DNA of 64,000 bases, from assembly GCF_028641065.1 (NCBI RefSeq), contig NC_073398.1, positions 28,396,001-28,460,000 of the forward strand. The letters are read 5' to 3'. Under the pieces are notes generated by a model that had not been told where the DNA came from, did not search any database, and saw only the letters and a program-made list of their open reading frames with translations. Positions within the stretch are counted from its first letter, which is position 1. Each line of letters starts with the position of its first letter. Both the position numbers and the translations under genes were made by a program. Shown here piece by piece: positions 11,690 through 24,030 of the stretch. The stretch comes from Leucoraja erinacea. Lineage: Eukaryota.

Positions 11690-12997
11690 GTGAGTTCAGT
11701 TCCCATTTGGGGGTATCCCTCCCCCAACCTCTGTATCTGAATATGTAAGATTTATTCTGTTGAAATTGACCGTGGATTATTGTAAATCGCTTTTTAATGT
11801 GGAAAGAAGTATCAATGTAACAAATTTAAAGTGTAATCCAATTAAAAGACGTTTGAAGAAGGGTCTCGACCCGAAGCGTCACCAGAGATGCTGCCTGTCC
11901 CGCTGAGTTACTCCAGCATTTTGTATCTGTTTTTGATGAAAACCAGCATCTGCAGTTCCTACATTAAAGATGTTTTCTCCTGGGAAGAACATGATTAAAT
12001 TGGTAAATATAATAGCTGGGATGTTGATGATCAGGGAGGTTGGTGGGATTAGGGAATCATACAGTGTAGGGCGAGGGGGACGAGGCACAAAGTGCTGGAG
12101 GACTCAGTGGGTCAGGCAGCCTCCCCCAGTGGCGGGCACAGACACACGATGTTCTCGGTCGAGACCTTTCTTCAGCCTCCGGTCAGGTTTTGCCCCCTCG
12201 TGTTCAGTTTAGGAAAAGCCTGAAGCGGAAACTCTGACAGAATTCCTTGATCGACATCCCCTCTTCACATGGTACACTTCCTTATCTATGTATCTCCCTC
12301 TCCCCTGACCCGAAATGTCACCCATTCCTTCGCTCCAGAGATGCTGCCTGTCCCGCTGAGTTACTCCAGCGTTTTGTGTGTATCTGGCAGAAATGCCACT
12401 GGCCCCCTCCTCCCCGCGGCGTGAGATATCTGTCAGGTCACAAGATTGTCACAAGATTGTCACATTTCATGCGGTGGCGTCGATGCAAAATCCTCAAGAC
12501 GAGTCTTTTGGCGAGAGAGTGACAATCTGCCAGCCTTTTTTGATTTGATTCCCGGCTCAGTTATCTGCTGGTTACCAGGAAGCAAATACACTGCCATAGT
12601 CCCTACAACACAACAACCATTCTGCATCGCACGCTGTCTCAGCAGCCGTGTAGATCTCGGAAATAAGACACAAAATGCTGGAGTAACTCAGCGGGGCAGG
12701 CAGCATATCTGGAGAGAAGGAATGGTTGACGTTTCGGGTCGAGACCCTTCTTCAGTTTCTCGGGGTATTTCTGAGCTCATGAAACGATATGCATGAGAAT
12801 GAACTGTAAAATACTCTGAATGTTTTCATGTTTAAGTCACTGATTAGGAGAATTCTGATGATAAATATTGATTCCTGCTCCTTGAGGTGTCCAGACTCTC
12901 TGTGCTGCTCCCTTAGGATTGGAGAGCTTTGTTTCTTTGTGAGAATTACAATATTCCCATGTTGCTTCCTGCTGCAGGTGCGGGCAAACCCACAGTA

Positions 12998-13123
12998 ATG
13001 GCAGGAATGGAGACTGTGGCACCGTGCGACGTACCTGTTACTCGTCTTGAGAATAGGATCAAAGCTGCTAAGGATCCAGAGGAGAAGGAGAAGCTGCAGA
13101 AAGACCTGGACCATCTCCTTGAG
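12998..13123 (+). CDS. LGMN-like: Legumain-prodomain-only protein, coding exon 1 (exon begins 12978)
   Basis: tgcag acceptor at 12977, gtaATGg Kozak context, gag|gtaatg donor; APCDVPVTRLENRI...LQKDLDHLLE aligns with legumain SPDVPLTIMKRKL...IQRHLD. Confidence 0.85.
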
Positions 13124-13546
13124 GTAATGGTGCAAAGTTGTTCCTCTACCCTGGGCCCCATACCAGGTATCTCCACCCATCGGGAACCAGCAAGGAGACT
13201 GTTGGATGGTGCTAGTCAGTGTGGGGCAGACATCCTCACTAACCTGCCTACAGTGCAGGGAGACACACACTGGTGGGCGTGCTGCTGTCAAATGGGGCTC
13301 ATGCTCCAGGGAATTCTTCCTTGTTCCCAGGACGGGCAGTAAAATGATGGATTCCCAGTCTTTGTCTACAGTTTAGTTTATTGTCACGTGAACCGAGGTA
13401 CAGTGAAAAGCATTTGTGGCGTGCTATCTAGTCAGCGGAAAGACAATACATGATTACGTAAATCGCGCCATTTACAGTGTACAGATACACGATGTGGGTC
13501 CTTCCTGTGTGGACGGGGTGAACCAAACAGCTCTGTTGTGTTGCAG

Positions 13547-13717
13547 GTGAGGGAGCTAATCCGACAGACAGTGCGAGAGATTGTTACTCTGGCCACGGAC
13601 TCCGAGGAACAGGCTGAGCGAGTGCTCGGCCCCAAGAAGCGTCTCACGGAGCGGGAAAACTACCGCTCTGCGGTGGAGTATTTCCAAATGCGGTGCTTTG
13701 ACTGGCACAATCCAGAG
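13547..13717 (+). CDS. LGMN-like: Legumain-prodomain-only protein, coding exon 2
   Basis: ttgcag/gtacgt; 171 nt; VRELIRQTVREIVTLA...FQMRCFDWHNPE resembles legumain ARHLIEKSVRKIVSLL...FRTHCFNWHSPT. Confidence 0.9.
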
Positions 13718-14938
13718 GTACGTCTGCGATGCATTCACATAGTACAGAGATAGATGCCAAGGTGAGTTCATGCGGCCATTGTCAAGTCTATATTATCAAG
13801 AGGCCAAAGAGAAAATATATCAAAAGCTGGGTCAACGTGTTAGCTTTAAGGAGGGGCGAGAGGCAGGGTGGTTGGGGAGTGTATTCTGGAGCATGAGGGT
13901 GAGATAGCAGAGGGTTTGGCCACCGATGATGGTGCGGATGAAGACAACGAAGCATATACTGTAGCAGCTGAGGGGGTGTGGAAACACTGCGGGAGTTGCA
14001 GGGTTACGGAGTTGTCGAGGTGCAGAGACCTGGCCAAGGAGGGTTTTACACCATTGTAAACAAGGGTAGGTCACTTGGACCCAGGTGTTGTGATGGTAGG
14101 CCATGACGTGGATGGCAGAAGTTTGGATGAGCTCGAGGTACTGCAGCTGAGAGACTTGGCTGCAACCAGGAGATCAATCGTTAAATCAAGAATAGAGGGA
14201 TAATATCCTGGGTGAACAGGGATGGGGACTAGGGTCTGATGAAGGGTCTCAACACCAAACCTTCATCAATCCAGGTTCTTCACAGATGCGGCCTGACCCT
14301 CTGAGTTACTCCAGCACTTTGTGTCCTTTTGTGTAAATCAGCGTGTCTGCATTTCCTTGTTTCTACTGGGTGGCCCTCGTCACCCACTCTTCCAACACAC
14401 ACAGGCATCAAAGAGGTTAAAATCCAGAAATAGCTTCCTACCTGCAGTTCAACCCCTGAATGATAACCCCCGCACCTGTAGGATAGATGCTTGGGTGACA
14501 CACCTACAATCAAAACCCCACACACTGACACTATACCCTGAGGAGTCCCATCCATTGGGAGCGAAAGACACATGGCCAGTCTGGCTCTGCTTCAATCACC
14601 TCAGAACATGGGTCGGACGGTGCAAGCCTTCATGCTGAAGTGGGGGTTCAACAACGAACAACTGAATGTGACTACGGGGAGGCAACCCAAACTAGTTGAG
14701 AATTTTGGAGTATCTCATGGTTGTGAATGGTGTGGAAAAGAGGAATTCCTCTGTTCCAGTCTGGGCATTGTAAATAATTGTTCTGATGTATATTGTTACA
14801 GTATGTTACTTAATGATGGGTAGGAAAGTGAGTTGTGGGGATGACATAAGGGTGACACAAAAAAGGGTGCGCATGGCCAAAGATTGGATTAATGTGAGAG
14901 AATGTGGGGTAGTCCAATGTTGTGCTTTGTTGTTACAG

Positions 14939-15006
14939 TATGAATATGCTCTTCACCAGTTGAGTCCCTTCGTCAATTTATGTGTGGAGAAGATCCCACT
15001 GACACG
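14939..15006 (+). CDS. LGMN-like: Legumain-prodomain-only protein, coding exon 3
   Basis: ttacag/gtacag; 68 nt; YEYALHQLSPFVNLCVEKIPLTR resembles [23 protein letters not shown]. Confidence 0.9.
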
Positions 15007-16027
15007 GTACAGTAATACCCAACTCTCTCTCTTTGCTCAAGCAATCAAAGCAAATAACATCTGGAATTAACTCTTAACCGATCATTGATCCCTTTAACAG
15101 AAGGCCTGATGGAATATAGTGAGCTGGGCAGTGCAATGTGTATATTCTGTATGTTCTCCCTGTGATCACTTTGGCTTCCTCCAAGTGCTCTAGTTTCCTC
15201 CCACATCCCAAACTCGTGTAGGTTCATTTGCCTCTGTAAATTGCCCCTAGTGTGTGAGAAGGTGGGATGGCATGGAATTAGTGTGAGCGGGTGATTGATT
15301 GTAGGTTTGGACTCCGTGGGGTGAAGGGCTTGTTTCCATGCTGTATCTTTAAACTAAACTAAACAGCATGGTAGTATGTTTCTGTGCCACTTAATGTAGT
15401 GGATGTTATTTTATGTAATTAAACTGATCGGGTCTATTATACTCAGAGTAATGGGGGCTAAGCTCCGCAATACACATATTCAACAGGGATATCATGAGTT
15501 AGGTCAGGTTACCCAGAGTAAAAACAGCAATAGTCTTTGTCAAACTTGAAATAATCATCAAAATCAGCCTTCGAGTCTGAATTAGCAGCAGGCTAACTTT
15601 GTACAGTCTTGTCTTTTTGAAGCAGGGAATCCCGGGCAGTGGGATAGTTTACAGCCATTGACCCAGCACAATCAAAGCCTTTTAGTCATCAGTTCAGGAC
15701 CATTCAAGTCAGAGAATTAAGGAAAGTGCTGGTAATATAATCATGAAAGTATTGTCATTCAAGCTGACAGTATTGAAAAGCATTAAATATACGGACTTAT
15801 TTTTGTCCAAAATAACTGTCTCCGCTTTGTCATCTTGAATCAAACATTGGTTGAAATTGTTCATTTTGGTCTCTTGTCTTGGAAAGGAGCCATCAAAATT
15901 GTAACAGATCTTTGCCTCTTTTCTTAACAAATGTAGATTGTGTTCGATTTTTTTCTAAAGCTTTTTTTTCCTGTGCTATCCCCCTGTCCACGAGCTGCAT
16001 TGTAATCACTCCTTTGTTTTTAAACAG

Positions 16028-16073
16028 GATCAAGGAAGCAATTGACCAAGTCAGTGAAAAGCTGAAGAAATGA
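16028..16073 (+). CDS. LGMN-like: Legumain-prodomain-only protein, last coding exon
   Basis: aaacag acceptor, phase 2; IKEAIDQVSEKLKK* resembles IKLSMDHVCLGHY*; spliced CDS 411 nt = 136 aa + stop. Confidence 0.85.
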
Positions 16074-17076
16074 AGAGTTGGCTCTCCTCATCTTCAGCAC
16101 AGCAGAAGGAGGGACCCTTAAGGACCTGTCCTCCCTCGGCCTGTGTGCTTTCCAACTGGAATTGTAATTTTTTTTAGAGTCTTTCTCTCTCTCTCTGCTG
16201 GTCAGATCATCTTGCTTGCAATAACTGGGAGGAGGTTTCTGCTGAAAGCAAATCATGGGAGACAAAAGCAAATTATAGACAGCTTTTATACTTTAAATAA
16301 TCAAATGATTACACAATGATACCAATGCTACCTCAGATGGTAGAAACATTTCTGTGCCATTAATATTTTTAATGTTGAAAATTCCTTCTCAATAGGTATG
16401 GGGTCAGATTAGTTAAATATACTTGATTATCACAAATCAATTTACTATTATTTTTTTTTCCAAATCTTTATTTTAAAGATTTAAACAGCTTCTGAGTGGC
16501 CTACCTTGATTTCTCTCACCATTCACATCTGCACTGTGGGGCAATTTAATCAGAAGTTGACAATCGGGCTTCACTAAATCTCCTTTAGGCAACGGCGAGG
16601 CTTAATTTTGCAGTGATTTTAGTCATTTCTTACCAGCAGGGCAGGCGGTTAGTTCTACGGTGGCTGAGCCTTGAGAACAAGACCCAGACTGATTCATAAG
16701 GGCATTTCTGAGAGAGTGCAGTATTTGTGTGCATGCCGACTTCTGGGTGAGATTTATACCAAAGCCATCCAACCTTTACCAGGATGCAATGTAAAAGACC
16801 CTATCCAAATATTAGTGAAGATGAAAGTAGACAAAAATGCTGGAGAAACTCAGTGGGTGAGGCAGCGTCTATGGAGCGGAGGAAATAGGCAACGTTTCGG
16901 GTCAAAACCCTTCTTCAGAAGTGAAGATGAATGTGGATTCCCGGCCAGCGTTTACTGCTAAACGAGACCTTTTGGCCTGTCCTTTGTTTAATATCATTCT
17001 GTGTACAAACATTCCCAATGGTAACTACGGTTCAATTGGCTGGGATGGCTTCAAGAACAGTGCTTGAGAAATGTCA

Positions 17077-17082
17077 AATAAA
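17077..17082 (+). terminator. Candidate polyadenylation signal of the legumain-like gene
   Basis: AATAAA followed by T-rich sequence about 1 kb after the stop. Confidence 0.4.
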
Positions 17083-18868
17083 TTTGAATCTTTAAAAAAA
17101 ATTATTGCTTTTATTTTAAGTAAATGAATTGATTAAGTCATTCTTCTGATTATTTGTTCTCTGTGTTAGTATTTCTAATTATTGCTCCTCTGATCACATT
17201 ATGTTTTCAAAAATTAGAGTTTTCCAATACAGAGTAAAGCAGCCACATGTGAGGACTAGGACTTGTAGCAACTAATGCTTCCATTAAGAGGAGGAGAAGA
17301 AGTAGGATTGCAAGTTGCTTATTTATTTGTCGAATCATTTGTGGGCATATTTGCTTCTAAATCAAGAGATTTCGGATTTAAGTCTAACTTCAGGAACCTG
17401 AGCACACATTAGAACATGCCAGATTGTTGGAGATAACCAAGTATGCCAGCTGTTGAATTTATCTCCACCCTTACTCGCAGGCGAATGGGGTTAGGAGGGA
17501 GTGATAGATCGATCAGCCATGATTGAATGGCGGAATAGACTTGATGGGCCGAATGGCCTAATTCTAATCTATTCCTATGATCATATGAAACAGGCCATTG
17601 TTAGCTGTGGCCTATGTGAAAACGAGTGTAGACGTGGAGTACATCTCATTTCCAGCTTCCTCCTCCCTACTACAACCAGTCTGAAGAAGGAGCCTGAACT
17701 GAAACGTCACCTGTCCATTCCCTCCACAGAAGTACCTGAGTTCCTCCAGCACTTTGTGTTTTGTCCACTATCCTGCAGGTTGTCCTTGATGAGCTGATGC
17801 TTTGACTAAATCTCTTTTTCTTTAGTCTCGCCGAGATTCAGGTCTGTGTTTTGACAGAGAAAGAGAGGCTGGAAATGAGGGTAAAATCAGATTACAGGCA
17901 TTTGCGTTGGACACTGTCCAGGAATGCAAAGAAGGAGACAGATAGAGTTCTGAAGGGTTCAGGTAAACCGGAGCAATTATTTCAGTAACAGTGTTTTTCT
18001 AACACACAATCTCCTGGCAGGTGAGTTTTAAGATGCCATTGCTACTTTAGGTAGCTTTGCTCGTGAGAGAGTGAGAATAGACCTTGCACATCCCATCGTG
18101 CTGTGTTAGAACCACGCCTCATATATAACTAATGTCTGACCCTTGCACAAAGTCAATGGCAATAATGAACTCTAGATGCTTTTCATCTTCTGTAACCAAA
18201 GCTCTGCTCAGTTCCAGAATGATTAATATCAAAGCTAGAAGTATATCTGAGAAGAGGGGAATCTAATTTCTCCGACAGCTGACAAATTCATTAGCAATGC
18301 ACTGTCAGCTCGGCCGTACAATATGCCCAACAAATGTCATCCCAAAGTGAACTAATGTTGAATCGATTATTTATTTGTTAGGTTTCTCCTCTGCCGTATT
18401 GTGCTGAGTGTCAGTCTCTGTCTTAGTACCTCGTGCCAAGTGGCTGCTCTCCAGCTACTGATTAAACAAAATGAGTACAGGTAGGATATTCATTCATGCG
18501 GGTAACTCGATATCTTCATTTAGGCTCTGCGCACAAGTGCTTAAAGCAAAGTGATTGATTCTCCTGGTTGACGACTGTACGGGGGAGGGCATATTGAATG
18601 GTTGCCTCACTGTCAAGTTCAACAAGTCAAAAGCCAAAGAACAAATTGATTGATTGATACTTTATTGTCACGTGTACTAGGTACAGTGAGATTCCTTCTT
18701 TGCAAACAGTACAAGCGTGCAAGAGTCGCCATGGAAAGGACGCTGACAAGGTTACAAAAGTATTTAATATAATGCCTCTTCCTTCTCTCAGAGAGGTAAA
18801 CGCTGCTTGGTCCATCACAGCTACTGACCTTCAGAAGGATTTAGAGGAGGTGCTGTCCTAAAAGCCAA

Positions 18869-19190
18869 TCCGACCTCTCTTTTCCTGGGTCTCCTCCATG
18901 GCCAGAGCGAGCAACATCGGAAATTGGAGGAACAGCACCTCATATTCCGCTTGGGGAGTCTGCATCCTGGGGGCATGAACATTGAATTCTCCCAATTTTG
19001 TTTGCCCTTGCTGTCTCCTCCCATCCCTCAGCCCTCGGGCTCCTCCTTTTTCCTTTCTTCTCCCCCCCCCCCCCCCCCACCCCCCCCCCATCAGTCTGAA
19101 GAAGGGTTTTGGCCCGAAACGTTACCTATTTCCTTCGCTCCATAGATGCTGCTGCATCCGCTGAGTTTCTCCAGCATTTTTGTGTACCTC
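18869..19190 (+). mobile_element. Penelope-like element 3' end: GIY-YIG C-terminus plus terminal repeat with hammerhead motif
   Basis: KLEEQHLIFRLGSLHPGGMNIEFSQF, C-rich tract, then ctgaagaagggttttggcccgaaacgtt. Confidence 0.8.
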
Positions 19191-19817
19191 CAATATCATC
19201 AAAGACCCCCTACACCCTAGCCATGCTTGCATTTTGCTCCTACCACCGGGAAGAAGTTATTAGAGTGGAAACCGTGACCACCAGGTTCAAGAACAGTTTT
19301 TTAGAGCCATACAGCATGGAAACTGTGCCTTCGGCCCAACTCGCCCATGTCGCCCATGATGCCCCATCTACACAGGTCTCAATTGCCCAAATCCCACTAA
19401 GCCTTTCCTATTCATGTACCTGTCCAAATGTCTTTTAAAGGTTGTTGCCTCAACTACCACCTCTGGCAGCTCATTCCTTATTTCTCCATCCAGTTTCTAT
19501 TAAATCTATCCCCTCACCTTAAACCTACGTCCTCTAGTTCTTGATTCCTCTACTCTGGGTAAAAGACTACATTCACCCTATCTTCCCCTCATGGTTTTAT
19601 ACACCTCTAAAATCACCCCTCGGCCTTCTGTGCTCCAAGGAATAATATCCTAACCACCCAATCTCTCTCTATATCTCAGGCCCTCATGTCCTGGCAACAT
19701 CCTCGTAAATCCTCTCTGCATTCTATCCAGCTGAACAACATGCTTCCTACAGCAGGGCGACGAAAACTGAACACCTTACCCCAAATGCAGCCTCATCAAT
19801 ATTTTGTAGAACTGTAA

Positions 19818-19954
19818 AGGGGCTGTCCCACTGGGGCGACCTAATCCGCGAGTTAAGAAGAGTGTCTTCGACCTTCAAGCTCGAGGGCACTCGCCTGAAA
19901 AACCTCCAGCTGGATCGACTGTCAGCGTTGAAACTGCAAGCTGGATCGACCGAC

Positions 19955-20026
<72 letters not shown>

Positions 20027-20550
20027 CATCGCAAAGGCGGGGGCCAGGGAAAGCAGGGGAGCTCTGTCTGAAATTCACACACGCGATGAAAAGAAAGCTA
20101 AAAGACGGCTGCACAGTGTACGGTAAGTCCTTTAAAGAGTGTGGAGAGGGGGAGAGGGGTGAGAAGGGGGGGGGCGGGGGAGAAGGAGTGGAGACACTTA
20201 AGAAGTATAATAAAGTTTAGCGGGCATTTTACCTAACGGCCAGTTTTCCTTGGTCCTGAAAACTCCAATGAGCCAATCATAATGCCCGGTCAGCGAAGGA
20301 GATTGCCTACGGCTGCCCTCGACTGCCTGTAACTAAAGAGCGATTCAACTCCACTGCACTACGAGTTAAAAAGAACCATGCCGACCAAATTTTACTCCGG
20401 CTGAGTTAGCGTGTATGCAGGAACTTCCCTCGAACATGAAGGAGAGTTCCAGTGACCTCATAGGACCAAGTGAGGACCATGCTGCGAGTTTGAGTCGAGG
20501 GCAAATTTATCTAAACTCGCAGATTAGGTCACCGCAGTGGGACAGCCCCT
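19818..20550. mobile_element. PIF/Harbinger-type MITE containing a (CA)n microsatellite
   Basis: TIRs aggggctgtcccactg / cagtgggacagcccct with longer imperfect subterminal IR; TAA TSD on both sides. Confidence 0.9.
19956..20028. repeat. (CA)n microsatellite
   Basis: Direct reading. Confidence 0.98.
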
Positions 20551-21845
20551 TAACATATCATCACAACTTCTATATTCAGTACCCTGACTGATAAAGGCTA
20601 ATGCACCATAAACCTTCTTGACTACTCTATGAGGAAAAACTTTTCCACACACAGGGTTGTGAATCTGGGGAATTCTCTGCCACAGAAGGCAGTGGAGGCC
20701 AATTCTCTGGATGCTTTCAAGAGAGAGTTAGAGCTCTTTATAGCGGAGTCAGGGAATATGGGGAGAAGGCAGGAACGGGGGGTAGTGATTGTGGATGATC
20801 AGCCATGATCACAGTGAATGGTGGTGCTGGCTCGAAGGGCCGAATGGCCTACTCCTGCACCTATTGTCTAATGTCTATCAGATGTTTTTGTTTGTACGAA
20901 GGACTGGGTTCTTTGCACAGTATTATGGTTACAGATTTTTTTTTGGCTTAATATTTATTCTGTGTGTATTACGTTTGCAGGCCTGTTATGCTGCTGCAAG
21001 TAAAAAAAAGGAATCGATCAGTTGTCAGTACATAAGAAAATTAAAGACTTGATCTCTCTATGGCAGCCTCCTACTGTCCCAGTAGAGTCTTTAATATTCA
21101 TTCTTGCAATGTGAACAGTTATGGCAAGACTAACATGTATTGCCTTTCCCCTGTTAGCTTTAGATGGGTGTGATTAACCTTCTTATCTGATGCATCTGAC
21201 TTTTATTTCTTGCAGTGAATACATTCAAATTGTTACTTGCTTGCTCCTTAGCTTCAGGGAGTAGCTGATGATTATCTGATTCCTGTGGGACTGGAGGTGG
21301 ATGTGACCCAGACTGAGCATGGGTGGACCATAGCGAACGTTAGTTAGCAAACTAGATTTGTCACTAGATTTGATTCAATGGCTTCACAGTCAACGGAAAT
21401 AGAAGCGTTTTAAAAACTTAAAATACTCACGTTGGCATGACGGGTTTGAAATGCGGATGAAAAAAACCAGCAACAGAACCACTGCAACACACAAATCGTC
21501 TGCAGCTCACGCCTGAGTGTGGGACCCTGCCCAATTTAGTCAATGCTACCAGGTCACCAGAGGTTTGATGAGACCCAATTTAATGCCCCGAGGTGATCTT
21601 GTCAAACAACTGTGCTACAGGAATGCTCGCTGTACTCACAGTCTGTAAACAGTGACACACACACGCACCGCAGATGTGTTACAATCTCACTTAGCACATA
21701 CGCACACTCGTCAAATATTTATGCAAATTCATGTCCAAAATTAATTGGATATTAACATCTTCAATTGCACTGACCTACAAGCGTGTTGTTAAAATCACTT
21801 CACATTTTATTTCTGCGTTGCTAAATCCAGGCTGTTCAATATGTT

Positions 21846-22042
21846 TAAGAAAGAACTGCAGATGCTGGAAAAATTGAAGCTAGACAAAAAGATGGAGAAA
21901 CACACCGGGTGAGGCAGCATCTATGGAGCGAAGGAATGGGTGACGCAGTCTGAAGATGGGTCTCGACCCGAAACGTCACCCTTCCTTCGCTCCATAGATG
22001 CTGCCTCACCCGCTGAGTTTCTCCAGCTTTTTGTCTACCTCA
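21846..22042. repeat. Inverted pair of Penelope-type terminal repeats (fold-back); similar pairs at 912-1140, 2302-2575, 6261-6585, 46558-46770, 58498-58655
   Basis: gaggcagcatctatggagcgaagg...ccttcgctccatagatgctgcctc arms surround ctgaagatgggtctcgacccgaaacgtc. Confidence 0.8.
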
Positions 22043-22849
22043 GACTGTTCAATCAGTTGATTCACATACAAACTTTCACCATTGTCATTAATGGGATGAG
22101 ACTTGCATGCCAGTCCTTCTCTGTCTCTGCTTTGTTCTCTCCCTCTGCCACTGTTTATTTGTCTCTGCCTCCATGCATTTTTCTTCTTGGCATTGCCTCC
22201 ATCTGTAATAACCTCTTCTTATAAATCACTTTTTTTCCCCATTGGTGGAAGGAAATGTCCAAACATTTTTACAGTAAGTATTATGCCTGTTGATTTGGAC
22301 TTACTACTTTGTGGGAACCTATTTTGTGGACTGGGTCTCGGGTGAGTGAACACAAGGCTCTAGACCTCGATGCCATTGACAATGCTTTATGTGATATCTC
22401 ACATACCCATCAACTTAGATGATCTTGTTGCCACTTAACTACATGAAAGGATAATTTACAGTAGCCAATAGATCTGCCGGTGTATTTTTGGGGGTGTGTG
22501 AGGAAACGAGCCGTGGTCTGGACTGACCCATGCCTGCTCGTCGGGAGTATAGGAAATTATTGATCTACCTGGAGTCACCAGTCAATGGTGAGACTTTGAC
22601 CTCGTATTCCCTTTCGGCACATATAATAGTTCTTTCTACGTACAGATCCATACAGAAACAGGCCCTTCATCCCACACATCCATCCTGATCCTTTTCGCCT
22701 GCCTATAGTGTTCCTGTTTGCCTTCATTAAATCCATAACTTTCCATACCCATGTCTATTTAAAGTTGTGCTCTCGTGTTTATGATACCCCTGCCACAAGA
22801 AAAAGATTCTGACTATGTAATCTTATCATTTTATATAGATCTCAACTCC

Positions 22850-24030
22850 TAGGAGAACAAATTCAGCCTATCCAGCCCCTCCCTGTAATTAGTCTTCCAA
22901 CCAAGCTCCAGCCTGGTGAATCTCTTCTGCACTCTCTCCAGTACCACAGCATCCATCTAGTCAATGTGTGGTCCAACTAGAGTCTTTGTAACATTGCGAC
23001 ATAATGTCCCAGCTTTTATATTCCATGTCCTAACTATGAAGCCAAGCATGCAATATGCCTTCTTCACTACCCAATTTATCTGCGTTGCCATCAGGGAATT
23101 ATATACGAACCCTAAGGTTCCCCTTTTCATCACTATTCCCTTGTGCCCCACTATTTCCTGTATATGTCCAACTAATGTCAACTGGTTTCACTTTCCACAT
23201 ATGCTGTGTGGCTGGCTGAATTCTGTCAGCATTTCTGGTTTGGTTTCAGATTCCAGCGCTTGGAAATGTATTTATTTTCCCTCTCTTCTCCCCCGACAGC
23301 CACTTGTCTCTGATTTTTACTTTCCACTTCTCTTTCTCAGTTTCCCCTGCCTGACTCTTGGTTGTCAACCTGCACTTCCTAAAATATACTTTACAACACT
23401 GGGTACGTTGTCTGCTCTTTGTTCTATTCTCTTGTCGGGGGCAGGAGCAGGATATCTACATTGGAGGAACACATGGATATGTCTTTAACATGGAGCAATC
23501 ATGCAGATACTCATCTCTTAATGCTTATTGTTCAACATCTTACAAAATGATTCTGCAGTCCCCATACACTACTTTGTTGATGCTACCATTTATAGAACAT
23601 AGAATAATGCAGCACAGGAACAGGCCCACAATGTCTGTGCTGAACATGAAACCAAGGTAAACTAGTCTAACCTGCCTGCACATAATCCATATATCACCAT
23701 TCCCTGCATATCCATGTGCCTATCCAAAGGCTTCTTAAATGTCACTATCATGTCTGCCTCCACCACCGCCCCTGGTAGCACGTTCCAGGCACCCGCCTCT
23801 CTCTGTGTAAATAGACACGCCCGCACATCTCCTTTCAACTTTGCCCATCTCGCCCTTAAATCTATGCCTCTCATAACTTTATATACTTCTATCAGGTCTC
23901 CCCTCAATCTCCTGTACACCAATGAAAACAATCCAAGTGTCTCTCCAAATCCTTTGAGGAACTGGTTCCCCCTAATCCGAGCAGCATTCTGGTAAACCTT
24001 CCTGTACCCTCTCCAAACCCATCATGTCCT
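22850..24030 (-). mobile_element. CR1 LINE fragments (about 22850-23160 and 23590-24030)
   Basis: VVKKAYCMLGFI...KTLVGPH and RRLRGDLIEVYKVMRG...WNVLP in minus ORFs. Confidence 0.8.

Larger units (their letters stand above)
19300..20630 (-). mobile_element. CR1 LINE 3' fragment interrupted by a Harbinger MITE
   Basis: CR1-like antisense sequence continues across the insertion (actgtaa|catatcatcacaacttc). Confidence 0.75.

Noticed and set aside
2145-12978. Fusion transcript splicing NLR LRR exons onto the legumain prodomain exons
   Set aside because: The LRR exon ends in phase 2 but the legumain exon needs phase 1, and the LRR gene has its own terminal exon
19747-20114. Poly-HT / poly-CV ORFs
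   Set aside because: Translations of the (CA)n microsatellite
22964-23488. 174-aa + strand ORF
   Set aside because: Antisense of a CR1 fragment plus low-complexity sequence
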